This document shows positions 21,065-29,840 of a stretch of 64,000 nt of DNA, in pieces. How positions within the stretch are numbered: position 1 is the stretch's first letter; each line of letters starts with the position of its first letter. Both the position numbers and the translations under genes were made by a program. The notes beneath the pieces are model-generated. The model saw nothing but the letters and a program-made list of their open reading frames with translations, was not told where the DNA came from and made no database searches. The stretch is from Candidatus Latescibacterota bacterium (lineage in GTDB: Bacteria > Latescibacterota > UBA2968 > GCA-2709665): contig OZ244744.1 of NCBI GenBank assembly GCA_965219455.1, positions 5,344,001 through 5,408,000 of the forward strand. Reading direction: 5' to 3'.

Positions 21065-22246
21065 TCAGGTTCCCCCGGGCGGCGTACCGGAAGCGCCGCG
21101 ATTGGTGGGACGATTGTGCGCCCGATGCTCAAAAATCAGCGAGAGCCCCGCCAGAACCCGCTCCATTTCTGATTCCGAGGTGTTTCCCATCGCGGCTATC
21201 CGGATGGCGGTATCCCGCATCGGGCCGTAACCCGATGCGATCTGGACGTTCAGCAGTTGCTTCGCCGCATGGACAAATTCCGACGCCGGGACGGAATCGG
21301 GCATCAGGATGGTGGTGACCGTGGGGCTGTAAAATCCCGGTTGTGCGAGCAGATCCAGACCGTGTTTTTCTGCCCAATCCCGCTGCATTCGCGCGAGGAT
21401 TCGGTGCCGCTCAAAGCGGGCTTCTCCTTCGTCCAGCATCTCCTCGAGGCGGGCGATCAGACACCGCATCATAAGGTCGGATACGGTCACTGGCGTCTGT
21501 GCGGCTTCGGCGCGGGAGTGCCATTCCATCAGGTCCAGCACGTATCCACGTCGCGTGACGCTCGTTGCGGCCTGGAGCGCGCGTTCTGAGACGATCATCA
21601 CCGAACCGATGGCGGGAATCGCGAAGTCCTTCTGGAGGCTCCAAAGATAGTAGTCCGGTCGCAGCAAGCCAATGTCGAGTTCAACCGCCCCGGCGATACT
21701 TACCCCGTCAATGGCGATCAACGTCTCCGGTGCGCAGCGATGCGCATCCTCGCAAAGGGTGTCGACGGGTAGCATAGCCCCGGTAGCGGTTTCGTTGTGT
21801 GTCAGCAGCGCGATGTCGTATCCACCTTGCAATGCGCTCCGCCATGTATCGGACTCGATACCATGTCCCCAGGGCACTTTCAGAACGTCGATCGAGCGGC
21901 CAAGCCGCTTGAATACACCTGCCCACCGGGCGGAGAAAGCCCCCATATCGAGGCCCAGGGCGCGATAGCAGGATGGTGTGTTGACGGCGATCATTTCCCA
22001 ATTGTAGCTGGCGGAGTGTCCAAAGATGAGTGGCGTGAATTCTTCTGAAATGCGGAATGCCTCGCGCAGGAGGGCCACCGCCCGCGCGTATAGGGTTTTG
22101 AAGTCGGCCGAACGGTGGGAATACGTTGCCCGGTAGGTCCTGATTACCCGTTCGACAGCCGGCGTGAGCGCGTGTGGTCCTGGGGTCCAAAGGGCAATAC
22201 CCGGCAGGCGAAGGTGCTTGAATTCGTCGTGCCGTTCAGAATCCAT
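21065..22246 (-). CDS. Class V PLP aminotransferase (serine-pyruvate/alanine-glyoxylate type)
   Basis: TPGP, HRS, THNETATG, DGVS, SLQK, RIAAMG. Confidence 0.88.
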   Translation of the reverse strand: MDSERHDEFKHLRLPGIALWTPGPHALTPAVERVIRTYRATYSHRSADFKTLYARAVALLREAFRISEEFTPLIFGHSASYNWEMIAVNTPSCYRALGLDMGAFSARWAGVFKRLGRSIDVLKVPWGHGIESDTWRSALQGGYDIALLTHNETATGAMLPVDTLCEDAHRCAPETLIAIDGVSIAGAVELDIGLLRPDYYLWSLQKDFAIPAIGSVMIVSERALQAATSVTRRGYVLDLMEWHSRAEAAQTPVTVSDLMMRCLIARLEEMLDEGEARFERHRILARMQRDWAEKHGLDLLAQPGFYSPTVTTILMPDSVPASEFVHAAKQLLNVQIASGYGPMRDTAIRIAAMGNTSESEMERVLAGLSLIFEHRAHNRPTNRGASGTPPGGT

Positions 22247-22307
22247 GCGAGCGCCTCAGGGAACGTATCCCACGGGTAAAGGGGTGGACCGGATAAATAA
22301 TAAGAGC

Positions 22308-22335
22308 GCCCGTTAAACATGCAGGTTTAACGGGC
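22308..22335 (-). terminator. Hairpin terminator downstream of tRNA-Gly
   Basis: GCCCGTTAAAC-6 nt-GTTTAACGGGC perfect 11-bp stem, followed by a U-rich tract on the minus strand. Confidence 0.6.
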
Positions 22336-22351
22336 TTTCGCGTGCAGTAAA

Positions 22352-22427
22352 TGGAGCGGGAAACGGGACTCGAACCCGCGACCCCAACCTTGGCAAGGTT
22401 GTGCTCTACCAGCTGAGCTATTCCCGC
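22352..22427 (-). tRNA. tRNA-Gly(GCC)
   Basis: GCGGGAATAGCTCAGCTGGTAGAGCACAACCTTGCCAAGGTTGGGGTCGCGGGTTCGAGTCCCGTTTCCCGCTCCA, with encoded CCA. Confidence 0.97.
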
Positions 22428-22459
22428 TCCCAATCGCTTGCAATATCAGGCGGAATGGA

Positions 22460-22488
22460 AAACTAAGTAATGGCCAGCATGATGTCAA
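22460..22488 (-). promoter_or_regulatory. sigma70 promoter of tRNA-Gly
   Basis: Minus strand TTGACA-17 nt-TAGTTT, ~30 nt upstream of the tRNA. Confidence 0.6.
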
Positions 22489-22622
22489 GGCATAATACAT
22501 ATTCTTTGCCCCAACGGGAACGCGGATTCACCCGGGGCCAACTTCCCGGACAAGTATGACGGTGTTGTTTCCGGACACCGGCGGGCCCAACGTGATTCTC
22601 AGCTGAGGAACACGCGTTTGAG

Positions 22623-22651
22623 TTGACATTCATGGTTGCGAGACGCATATT
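22623..22651 (+). promoter_or_regulatory. sigma70 promoter upstream of the candidate RNA and hydantoinase operon 2
   Basis: TTGACA-17 nt-CATATT. Confidence 0.55.
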
Positions 22652-22684
22652 TACGGTTCCCACGGCAGCCGGGTGTCATCCGTA

Positions 22685-22824
22685 TCCGACCTTTAGCGGG
22701 TCACGACGTCCTGCCGGAATTCAATACCGGAAAGGACAACGCGTGAGACGCCGGGTACCGGCACCGTGTGTGGACATATACGTGCCCCAGGGAGGCGGAG
22801 ATTTGTGACTCGTGTCGGGTTTTT
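22685..22824 (+). ncRNA. Candidate structured RNA (multibranch, unassigned family)
   Basis: Closing helices TCCGAC/GTCGGG and GCGGGTCACGA/TTGTGACTCGT with G-U pairs, internal hairpins and a 3' T-run. Confidence 0.4.
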
Positions 22825-22899
22825 CTGTCTAACGTGCCGCCAATTCGAGGGATATTCTTAGCGTGGATGCCGTTGGGTGTCTAAATGGAGCGAGGCGGG

Positions 22900-24987
22900 A
22901 TGGTCGAAGATAAATATGTCCTGGCAATCGACATCGGGGGCACCTTCACAGATCTCGTTTATCTGGATTGCCATACGGGTCGGCAGGCGGTTGCCAAGGT
23001 GCCTACGAGTTATCCGGATCCTTCCGAAGCCGTCCTGACCGGGATCAACTTGGTACTGGGTTCCGACAACACCGGGTCCGTTCAACGCGTAATCCACGGC
23101 ACGACGCTGGTGACCAACGCGCTTATCGAGCGAAAAGGCGCACGCACCGGGCTGATCACTACGGCCGGGTTTCGAGATGCGCTGGAAATCGGGCGCGAAG
23201 GCCGGTACGATATTTACGATTTGCGACTGGAGTTGCCCGAACCTCTCGTGGAACGCAGATTGAGATTTGGCGCACCGGAACGGATGAATGTAAGAGGAGA
23301 GGTACTAGAGAGCCTGAATGAGGCTTCAATCCTCGAAGCGTGCCGTATGTTTCTGGATGAAGGGGTCGAGGCAGTTGCAATCTGTTTTCTGCACGCATAC
23401 GCCAATCCGGAACACGAGCGCCGGGCGAAGCAGGTTGTTCAAGAAACGATGCCCGGAGTTCCGATTTCGGTTTCACATCAGGTGTCGCCCGAATTGCGGG
23501 AATACGACCGGACCTCCACCACCGTCGCCAATGCTTACGTGCAACCGCTTGCCCGGCGATATTTGGTAGGATTGTCCAAAGGACTGGAAACAAAAGGGAT
23601 AGCGGCACCGTTGCATATTATGCTATCCAACGGCGGTGTTTGCTCGGCCGAGACGGCCGCGGCCTTTCCGGTTCGTCTTGTGGAATCGGGTCCCAGCGGC
23701 GGCGCGTTGTCCGCCGCCTATTGGGCCGACCGGTCAGACCGCCAGGACGTCCTGGCGTTTGATATGGGCGGCACGACGGCAAAAGCGGTGCTAAGCAGCG
23801 ACGGCGGGTTTCCCATCACGACCGAATCCGAGGTGGCGCGTGTCTATCGTTTCAAGCGCGGCAGCGGATTGCCGCTGCTGGTACCGGTACTGGACATGAT
23901 TGAAATTGGCGCAGGTGGCGGCAGTATCGCACATCTGAACGAGTTGGGGCTGCCCACGGTTGGCCCCGAAAGCGCGGGATCGGTTCCCGGCCCCGCCTGT
24001 TACGCACACGGCGGCGAGGAGCCGACCGTGACGGATGCCGACCTGATACTGGGAATGCTGAATCCCGACTATTTCCTCGGTGGAAAGATGGCGCTGGACT
24101 TGCGCCGTGCACGGTGCGCCGTTCATCGGTTCGCCACGGGTCTGGGCGTGGACGTGCACCGTATGGCGTGGGGTATACACAGGATGGTTAATGAGAATAT
24201 GGCGAATGCCGCTCGGGTTCATGCGGCCGAGCGCGGAATCGATGTCCGGGGATATACGATGGTGGCGACCGGAGGCGCGGGTCCCGTTCATGCCTGTGGC
24301 GTGGCTGAGAGGTTGGGAATCGGTACTGTGATCGTGCCGCCCGCGGCAGGCGTGAGTTCGGCCTTCGGGTTGATGCTTGCGCCGATTTCGTTTGACTTTG
24401 CAAGGAGTTACGTAGCCCGGCTCCAGGCGATGAATTACGAACGGCTGAACGGCATGTTTAATGAGATGGAAACTGAAGGCGAGGACGTGTTGCGAGAGGC
24501 GGGCGTGACCCCGGTTGAGATGCGGATTGAGCGGACTGCGGACATGCGCTACGTGGGACAGGGCCACGAAATTCGAGTTCCAATTTCGGGCGGCAGACTG
24601 AGTCCCGAACGGCTGGATGAGATACGGGAGGAGTTTGACAGGGAATACAAACGCAGATTTACACGCACGTGCGAAGGCGTTGAAATCGAGTCCGTTCACT
24701 GGCGTGTTCGGATGTCCGGACCGAAACCCGATCTCGGCGACCTGGAGACGGCGTCATCAACGGCTGGGGACGCTTGCAAAGGCGTTCGCGAGGTGTTGTT
24801 CAATGCGGAATCCGGTCCGGAACAGACGCCGGTATTCGACCGGTACAGGATAACGGCCGGTTTTCGAGCAACGGGTCCGGCAATCGTGGAAGAGGCCGAG
24901 TCCACGGCCGTCGTACCGCGCGGCTGGGCGATTGCCGCGGAGGCATGTGGCAACTTGCTCCTGACACGCCAGGAGGATTCGAGATGA
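22900..24987 (+). CDS. Hydantoinase A/oxoprolinase family protein (second pair)
   Basis: IDIGGTFTD, HGTTLVTNA, ESGPSGG, DMGGTT, GAGGGS, SAGSVPGPACY. Confidence 0.94.
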   Translation: MVEDKYVLAIDIGGTFTDLVYLDCHTGRQAVAKVPTSYPDPSEAVLTGINLVLGSDNTGSVQRVIHGTTLVTNALIERKGARTGLITTAGFRDALEIGREGRYDIYDLRLELPEPLVERRLRFGAPERMNVRGEVLESLNEASILEACRMFLDEGVEAVAICFLHAYANPEHERRAKQVVQETMPGVPISVSHQVSPELREYDRTSTTVANAYVQPLARRYLVGLSKGLETKGIAAPLHIMLSNGGVCSAETAAAFPVRLVESGPSGGALSAAYWADRSDRQDVLAFDMGGTTAKAVLSSDGGFPITTESEVARVYRFKRGSGLPLLVPVLDMIEIGAGGGSIAHLNELGLPTVGPESAGSVPGPACYAHGGEEPTVTDADLILGMLNPDYFLGGKMALDLRRARCAVHRFATGLGVDVHRMAWGIHRMVNENMANAARVHAAERGIDVRGYTMVATGGAGPVHACGVAERLGIGTVIVPPAAGVSSAFGLMLAPISFDFARSYVARLQAMNYERLNGMFNEMETEGEDVLREAGVTPVEMRIERTADMRYVGQGHEIRVPISGGRLSPERLDEIREEFDREYKRRFTRTCEGVEIESVHWRVRMSGPKPDLGDLETASSTAGDACKGVREVLFNAESGPEQTPVFDRYRITAGFRATGPAIVEEAESTAVVPRGWAIAAEACGNLLLTRQEDSR

Positions 24988-26702
24988 TGCCGGCGGACAA
25001 GCTGGACGCCGTTCTTCTCGAGGTGTTGTGGAACCGGCTCATTTCAATCGTAAACGAACAGGCCGCAGCGTTGGTGCACGCCTCGTTTACAACCGTCGTC
25101 CGGGAGGCCGGCGACCTGTCCGCGGGCATATTCAACCGGGGCGGTGATATGGTTGCACAGGCGGTGACGGGCACTCCGGGCCACATCAATACCATGGCAA
25201 CCTGTGTCCGACATTTCGCGAAAACGCATCCGATAGACAGCCTGAAACCCGGCGACAGCCTGCTCACCAACGATCCTTGGTTGGGATCGGGCCATCTACA
25301 CGACATTACCGTGGTCACTCCCGTTTTTCATCAAGGGAAGGCCGTGGGTTGGTTCGCCAATACATGTCACGCAATGGATATTGGAGGGCGGACGCTTGGC
25401 GCCGATGCACGCGAAGTATTTGAAGAGGGACTCCATATTCCGATCATGTTCCTGTTCCGAGAGGGCAGGGTCAATCGCGATCTGATGGAAATCATCCGCA
25501 CCAATGTCCGCACCCCGGATGCCGTGGTGGGCGACCTTTATGCGCAGCAGGCGGGCAACGACGTGGGTGCCGCCAAGCTGTCTGAAATGATGGTGGAATA
25601 CGAAATGGAGGACATTGAGTCCCTCGCCGCGTTGATTCTGGATCGTTCAGAAGCCGCCGCACGGGATGCGATCGCGGAAATTCCGAATGGTACGTATAAG
25701 GACGAGGTGGTCATCGACGGGTTCGATCATCCGTTGAAGATCCTGGTTTCCATTCACGTAAGAGATCGGGACCTGGTAGTCGACTACGATGGCACGTCAC
25801 CGCAGGTGGACCGTGGAATCAACGTGGTCTACAACTATACGCACGCATATACAACCTATCCTCTCGCGTGTTCGATCTATCCCTCCGTCCCGAACAACGC
25901 GGGCAGTTTCCGCCCGGTCACGGTGACGGCCACGGAGGGGAGTGTACTGAATGCCAGGTTTCCCTGTGCCGTTGGCGCCCGGCATCTGATCGGGCACTTC
26001 CTCTCCCAGGCGGTATTCGGCGCTTTATCCGGGGCAATTCCCGAACGGGTGCTTGCGGATGGTTCGGCTGGGCTCTGGAACACGCAACTGGAGGGTTATG
26101 AACGGGATGGACGGGTGTTCTCCTATATCTTTTTCTCCGCCGGCGGTATGGGCGCCAGGCCCTCATCAGACGGGCTGTCGGCTACGGCCTTTCCCAGCGG
26201 GATCAAAGGGGTGCCCGCCGAAGCCATCGAAGCGGTTTCACCCGTGTTGATGCTCAAGCGGGAGTTGCGTCCGGATTCCGGCGGCGCAGGCCGGTTCCGA
26301 GGCGGGCTGGGGCAGGAGATGGTGCTGAGAATGGATACCGATTCGGCGGTGCTGCATTCGTGTATGTACGACCGTACCAAAAGCCCGGCGCGCGGTTTTA
26401 TGGGCGGAGCGAGCGGCGCCGTTGGCGAGTTGATCCTTTCCGACGGGTCGCGTCCGCACCCGAAGGGAAAATACGAACTTCAGCCGGGGCAGACGGTAAC
26501 GCTGAGACTGCCCGGCGGAGGTGGTTTCTTCTCTCCGATGGCTCGCGATCCACAGCGGGTGCTGAACGACGTACGGCAAGGACGCGTGTCCGAGGAAGCG
26601 GCCAGGAATGGGTACGGTGTGGTGCTGGACACTCTGAATTGGGAGGTGGACGCGGCCGCCACGGAAGCGGTCAGGGCAGCCTCCACCAGGATGGAAGGGT
26701 AA
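24984..26702 (+). CDS. Hydantoinase B/oxoprolinase family protein (second pair)
   Basis: LEVLWNRL, NDPWLGSGHLHD, HAMDIGG, DSGGAGRFRGG, PGGGGF; ATGA overlap with the A subunit. Confidence 0.93.
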   Translation: MMPADKLDAVLLEVLWNRLISIVNEQAAALVHASFTTVVREAGDLSAGIFNRGGDMVAQAVTGTPGHINTMATCVRHFAKTHPIDSLKPGDSLLTNDPWLGSGHLHDITVVTPVFHQGKAVGWFANTCHAMDIGGRTLGADAREVFEEGLHIPIMFLFREGRVNRDLMEIIRTNVRTPDAVVGDLYAQQAGNDVGAAKLSEMMVEYEMEDIESLAALILDRSEAAARDAIAEIPNGTYKDEVVIDGFDHPLKILVSIHVRDRDLVVDYDGTSPQVDRGINVVYNYTHAYTTYPLACSIYPSVPNNAGSFRPVTVTATEGSVLNARFPCAVGARHLIGHFLSQAVFGALSGAIPERVLADGSAGLWNTQLEGYERDGRVFSYIFFSAGGMGARPSSDGLSATAFPSGIKGVPAEAIEAVSPVLMLKRELRPDSGGAGRFRGGLGQEMVLRMDTDSAVLHSCMYDRTKSPARGFMGGASGAVGELILSDGSRPHPKGKYELQPGQTVTLRLPGGGGFFSPMARDPQRVLNDVRQGRVSEEAARNGYGVVLDTLNWEVDAAATEAVRAASTRMEG

Positions 26703-26870
26703 GTTGGATCCGCATCGCTTATCGCCGGATTGCCGCGCCGGGTGTATAGGGTGCGGCGGCGCCTATCCGCCAGGGCGGCCTGCGTTTCGAGATATCGGAT
26801 CGCATTGAATCGGAACTTGAATTTAGATTTGAAACTAACTGAATAGCAGCAATCTCCACAGGAAGTACCA

Positions 26871-28241
26871 ATGGGAAAATGCGAGACCGATGACGGCTAT
26901 CGGGGGATCTGGTGGTGGGACACACCCGTGGACAACGAGTACAAATACGTCTATTACAGCGGCGGATTTGCGACCTACACCGCGAAACACATTCCGCTCG
27001 CACACTATTCCGATACGGCACGTAAGACGTTTTTCTGTTACGGCGGGACGTACAAGCACAAGAACCAGATCCTGGCAATGGTCTCCTATTACGATCACGT
27101 CACCGGGAAGGTTCCGCGTCCGACCATCCTGATGGACAAAGGCACGGCCGACGCACACGACAACCCAGTCCTCATGCTGGACGAAAAGGGCTACATCTGG
27201 GTTTTCGTGAGTGCGCACGGAACCGTCAGACCCGCCTATATTTACAGGAGCGACGAGCCCTACTCCGTCGATGCATTCGAATGCGTGCTGGAAACGAATT
27301 TTTCCTATCCTCAGCCCTGGCATATAGCCGGCAATGGATTTCTGTTTCTGCACACAAGATACCTCGGAGGCCGGTTTCTCTACGCGCTCACCAGTCCGGA
27401 TGGCGCAAACTGGTCCGAACCCAGGGCGTTGTCGCGGATCTGCCAGGGTCACTATCAGGTCAGTTGGCGAGCCGGAAGGCGGGTGGGTACCGCGTTCAAC
27501 TACCATCCTGTCAAAAAGCCCGGTCCCCCCAGGACCAACCTGTATTACCTTCAGACAGACGATTTCGGCGATACCTGGAAGAATGCACGGGGAGAACGAA
27601 TGGACCTCCCTCTGGAAATTCCCCGAAATGGCGCGATCGTCCGGGACTACGAAGCACAGGGCCTGCAGGTGTTTGTGAAAGATCTGAATTTCGACGTTCA
27701 CGGTCATCCCGTCATCCTGATTCTCACCAGCCGCGGGATGGAGACCGGCCCCAATAACGACCCGCGAGTATGGACGACCGTTCGGTGGTCAGGTGATGCC
27801 TGGGAAATCAGAGATGCGTTCCCGTCGGACAATAACTATGACGCGGGCGGCCTTCATATCGAACCGGATGGGACCTGGCGAATTATCGCGCCTACCGAGA
27901 CGGGTCCTCAACCTTACAATACAGGCGGTGAGGTGGCGGTGTGGACCAGCGATGATGAGGGGGCCACGTGGGAGAAAACCCGCCTGGCTACCCGAAACAG
28001 CAACTTCAACCACACCTACGTGCGCCGTCCCGTAAACGCGCACCCGGAATTCTACGCGTTCTGGGCGGATGGACATGCGCGGGAACAGTCGGACTCCAGC
28101 CTTTATTTCTGCAGCAAGACCGGTGAACACGTGTTCCGGCTACCTGCTCTGATGACATTGGATCATCAGGAACCCGAGAGGGTGGTTTCCTTCACTGGCT
28201 CCGAGGGTCCCGCTGGCGCCAGTGAAGTGGGCGGTCGTTAA
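26871..28241 (+). CDS. BNR-4 repeat beta-propeller protein (putative polysaccharide lyase/hydrolase)
   Basis: Asp-box repeats TSPDGANWS, TDDFGDTWK, TSDDEGATWE; DAHDNP, FSYPQ. Confidence 0.8.
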   Translation: MGKCETDDGYRGIWWWDTPVDNEYKYVYYSGGFATYTAKHIPLAHYSDTARKTFFCYGGTYKHKNQILAMVSYYDHVTGKVPRPTILMDKGTADAHDNPVLMLDEKGYIWVFVSAHGTVRPAYIYRSDEPYSVDAFECVLETNFSYPQPWHIAGNGFLFLHTRYLGGRFLYALTSPDGANWSEPRALSRICQGHYQVSWRAGRRVGTAFNYHPVKKPGPPRTNLYYLQTDDFGDTWKNARGERMDLPLEIPRNGAIVRDYEAQGLQVFVKDLNFDVHGHPVILILTSRGMETGPNNDPRVWTTVRWSGDAWEIRDAFPSDNNYDAGGLHIEPDGTWRIIAPTETGPQPYNTGGEVAVWTSDDEGATWEKTRLATRNSNFNHTYVRRPVNAHPEFYAFWADGHAREQSDSSLYFCSKTGEHVFRLPALMTLDHQEPERVVSFTGSEGPAGASEVGGR

Positions 28242-28261
28242 CTGTCCGGAAAGGCGGTCAG

Positions 28262-29134
28262 ATGAAAGGTATCATTCTGTCGGGAGGGCTGGGAACCCGG
28301 CTTTACCCGCTCACGATTTCACTTTCAAAACAGATCATACCCATCTTCGACAAACCCATGATCTATTATCCGCTCTCGGTGCTGATGCTGGCCAATATCC
28401 GCGAATTCCTGATCATTTCGTCGCCTGAGCATATTGAGCTTTACCGAAACCTTTTGGGTGACGGCAGCCGCCTGGGTCTGCGGTTCGACTATGCGATCCA
28501 GCCCCGTCCGGAGGGCGTCGCGCAATCGTTTCTCATTGGGGAGGAATTCATCGACGGAGGGCCTTGTGCGCTTGTATTCGGGGATAATTTCTTCTACGGC
28601 CACGGTCTTTCCGGGTTGTTGGAGCACGCGGGCAGGCTCGATGAGGGCGGGTTGGTTTTCGCGTATTACGTGCAGGATCCCGAGCGATACGGTGTGGTTG
28701 AATTCGACGCTCACATGAACGTGGTGGGTATTGAAGAAAAACCGAAACGTCCGAGGTCGAATTATGCGGTGACCGGACTTTATTTCTATGATGGATGCGT
28801 GGTGGATATAGCGAAGGGATTGAAGCCTTCGGATCGCGGAGAATTGGAAATCACCGATATAAACAACGAATACCTCAAGCGGGGCAAATTACGTGCCCAG
28901 TTGCTGGGCAGGGGCATTGCGTATCTCGACACGGGAACCCACGAGAGCCTGCTGGAAGCGAGCAATTTTGTGCAGATTGTCGAGAACCGGCAGGGGTTGA
29001 AAATCGCGTGCCTGGAAGAAATCGCGTTTCGAAAAGGGTACATCAGCGCGAGGCAGCTTGAGGACATCGCGAATTATTCACAAGAAAATGAGTATTGTCA
29101 GTACCTGAAAAGGTTGCTAGCATCCGAAAACTGA
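28262..29134 (+). CDS. rfbA: Glucose-1-phosphate thymidylyltransferase
   Basis: MKGIILSGGLGTRLYPLT, DKPMIYYPLS, EEKP, RGELEITD, LDTGT. Confidence 0.96.
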   Translation: MKGIILSGGLGTRLYPLTISLSKQIIPIFDKPMIYYPLSVLMLANIREFLIISSPEHIELYRNLLGDGSRLGLRFDYAIQPRPEGVAQSFLIGEEFIDGGPCALVFGDNFFYGHGLSGLLEHAGRLDEGGLVFAYYVQDPERYGVVEFDAHMNVVGIEEKPKRPRSNYAVTGLYFYDGCVVDIAKGLKPSDRGELEITDINNEYLKRGKLRAQLLGRGIAYLDTGTHESLLEASNFVQIVENRQGLKIACLEEIAFRKGYISARQLEDIANYSQENEYCQYLKRLLASEN

Positions 29135-29325
29135 TCCCGCTGATGGCAAAAACGGCCTCGAACCGACGGCCGCAAGTCATCCGGATAGCGACTTTAAAGG
29201 GTTCGGATACTATCGCTGAGATCTTCGGGTTTCCGCGGCCCGCCGGGGGCCGGGAGTTACGGACGAAATTTCGCGTGTCCCATGCACAACGTCACCGGCA
29301 TGCAAGTATCCACGGAAGCCTCTGA

Positions 29326-29664
29326 ATGATGCGAGCTTTCTGCATTATAGCACTTCTTGTGCCGCTTATCCGCTGTGGCAGCGCTCCGGTGGCGCCTGAA
29401 GACGCGATATTGGGTACGTGGAAGCTGACCCTCGCGAGGAACGAGCCGGTTACGGTGAATTATAGGCTGGTCTTCGAAAAAAACGGGATTTATACGTTCA
29501 TCAATACGATATTCGACGGAAGCCAGATAACGACAACCGGAAGTTGGCGAATCGAAAATCTTACCATTTACCTGGACAGCCTGGATTTCGGATTCTCCGT
29601 CGACAACGTCGAACTTACTCTGTACGCACGAGACGGCACTGTATTTGTCTATACGAAACAGTAG
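29326..29664 (+). CDS. Small putative lipoprotein, lipocalin-like beta-barrel
   Basis: Hydrophobic leader ending ..LIRC, ILGTWKL, GSW motifs. Confidence 0.6.
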   Translation: MMRAFCIIALLVPLIRCGSAPVAPEDAILGTWKLTLARNEPVTVNYRLVFEKNGIYTFINTIFDGSQITTTGSWRIENLTIYLDSLDFGFSVDNVELTLYARDGTVFVYTKQ

Positions 29665-29840
29665 TCGCGGATGGGATTTTCGACACAGGATGTGGAATGA
29701 TATAGGGGCGGCAAGGAATTGGCATCGAATGGTCATGTTCGAAAGACCGGAAGACAAAGATGCAGGGACGCGACGCGTGAACGATCCGCGCCGAGTCATG
29801 AAAGACCGGGTGGAGCGCCCCGGCTTTTCGAGGAGGGGCC

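Noticed and set aside
22236-22433. 65-aa ORF MGAGIAQLVEHNLAKVGVAGSSPVSRS
   Set aside because: Translation of the tRNA-Gly gene.
22636-22678. GACGCA...GGCAGCCGGGTGTC resembling a c-di-GMP-I riboswitch
   Set aside because: Lacks GGCAAAC, the GNRA hairpin and GCAAAG, and overlaps the predicted promoter.
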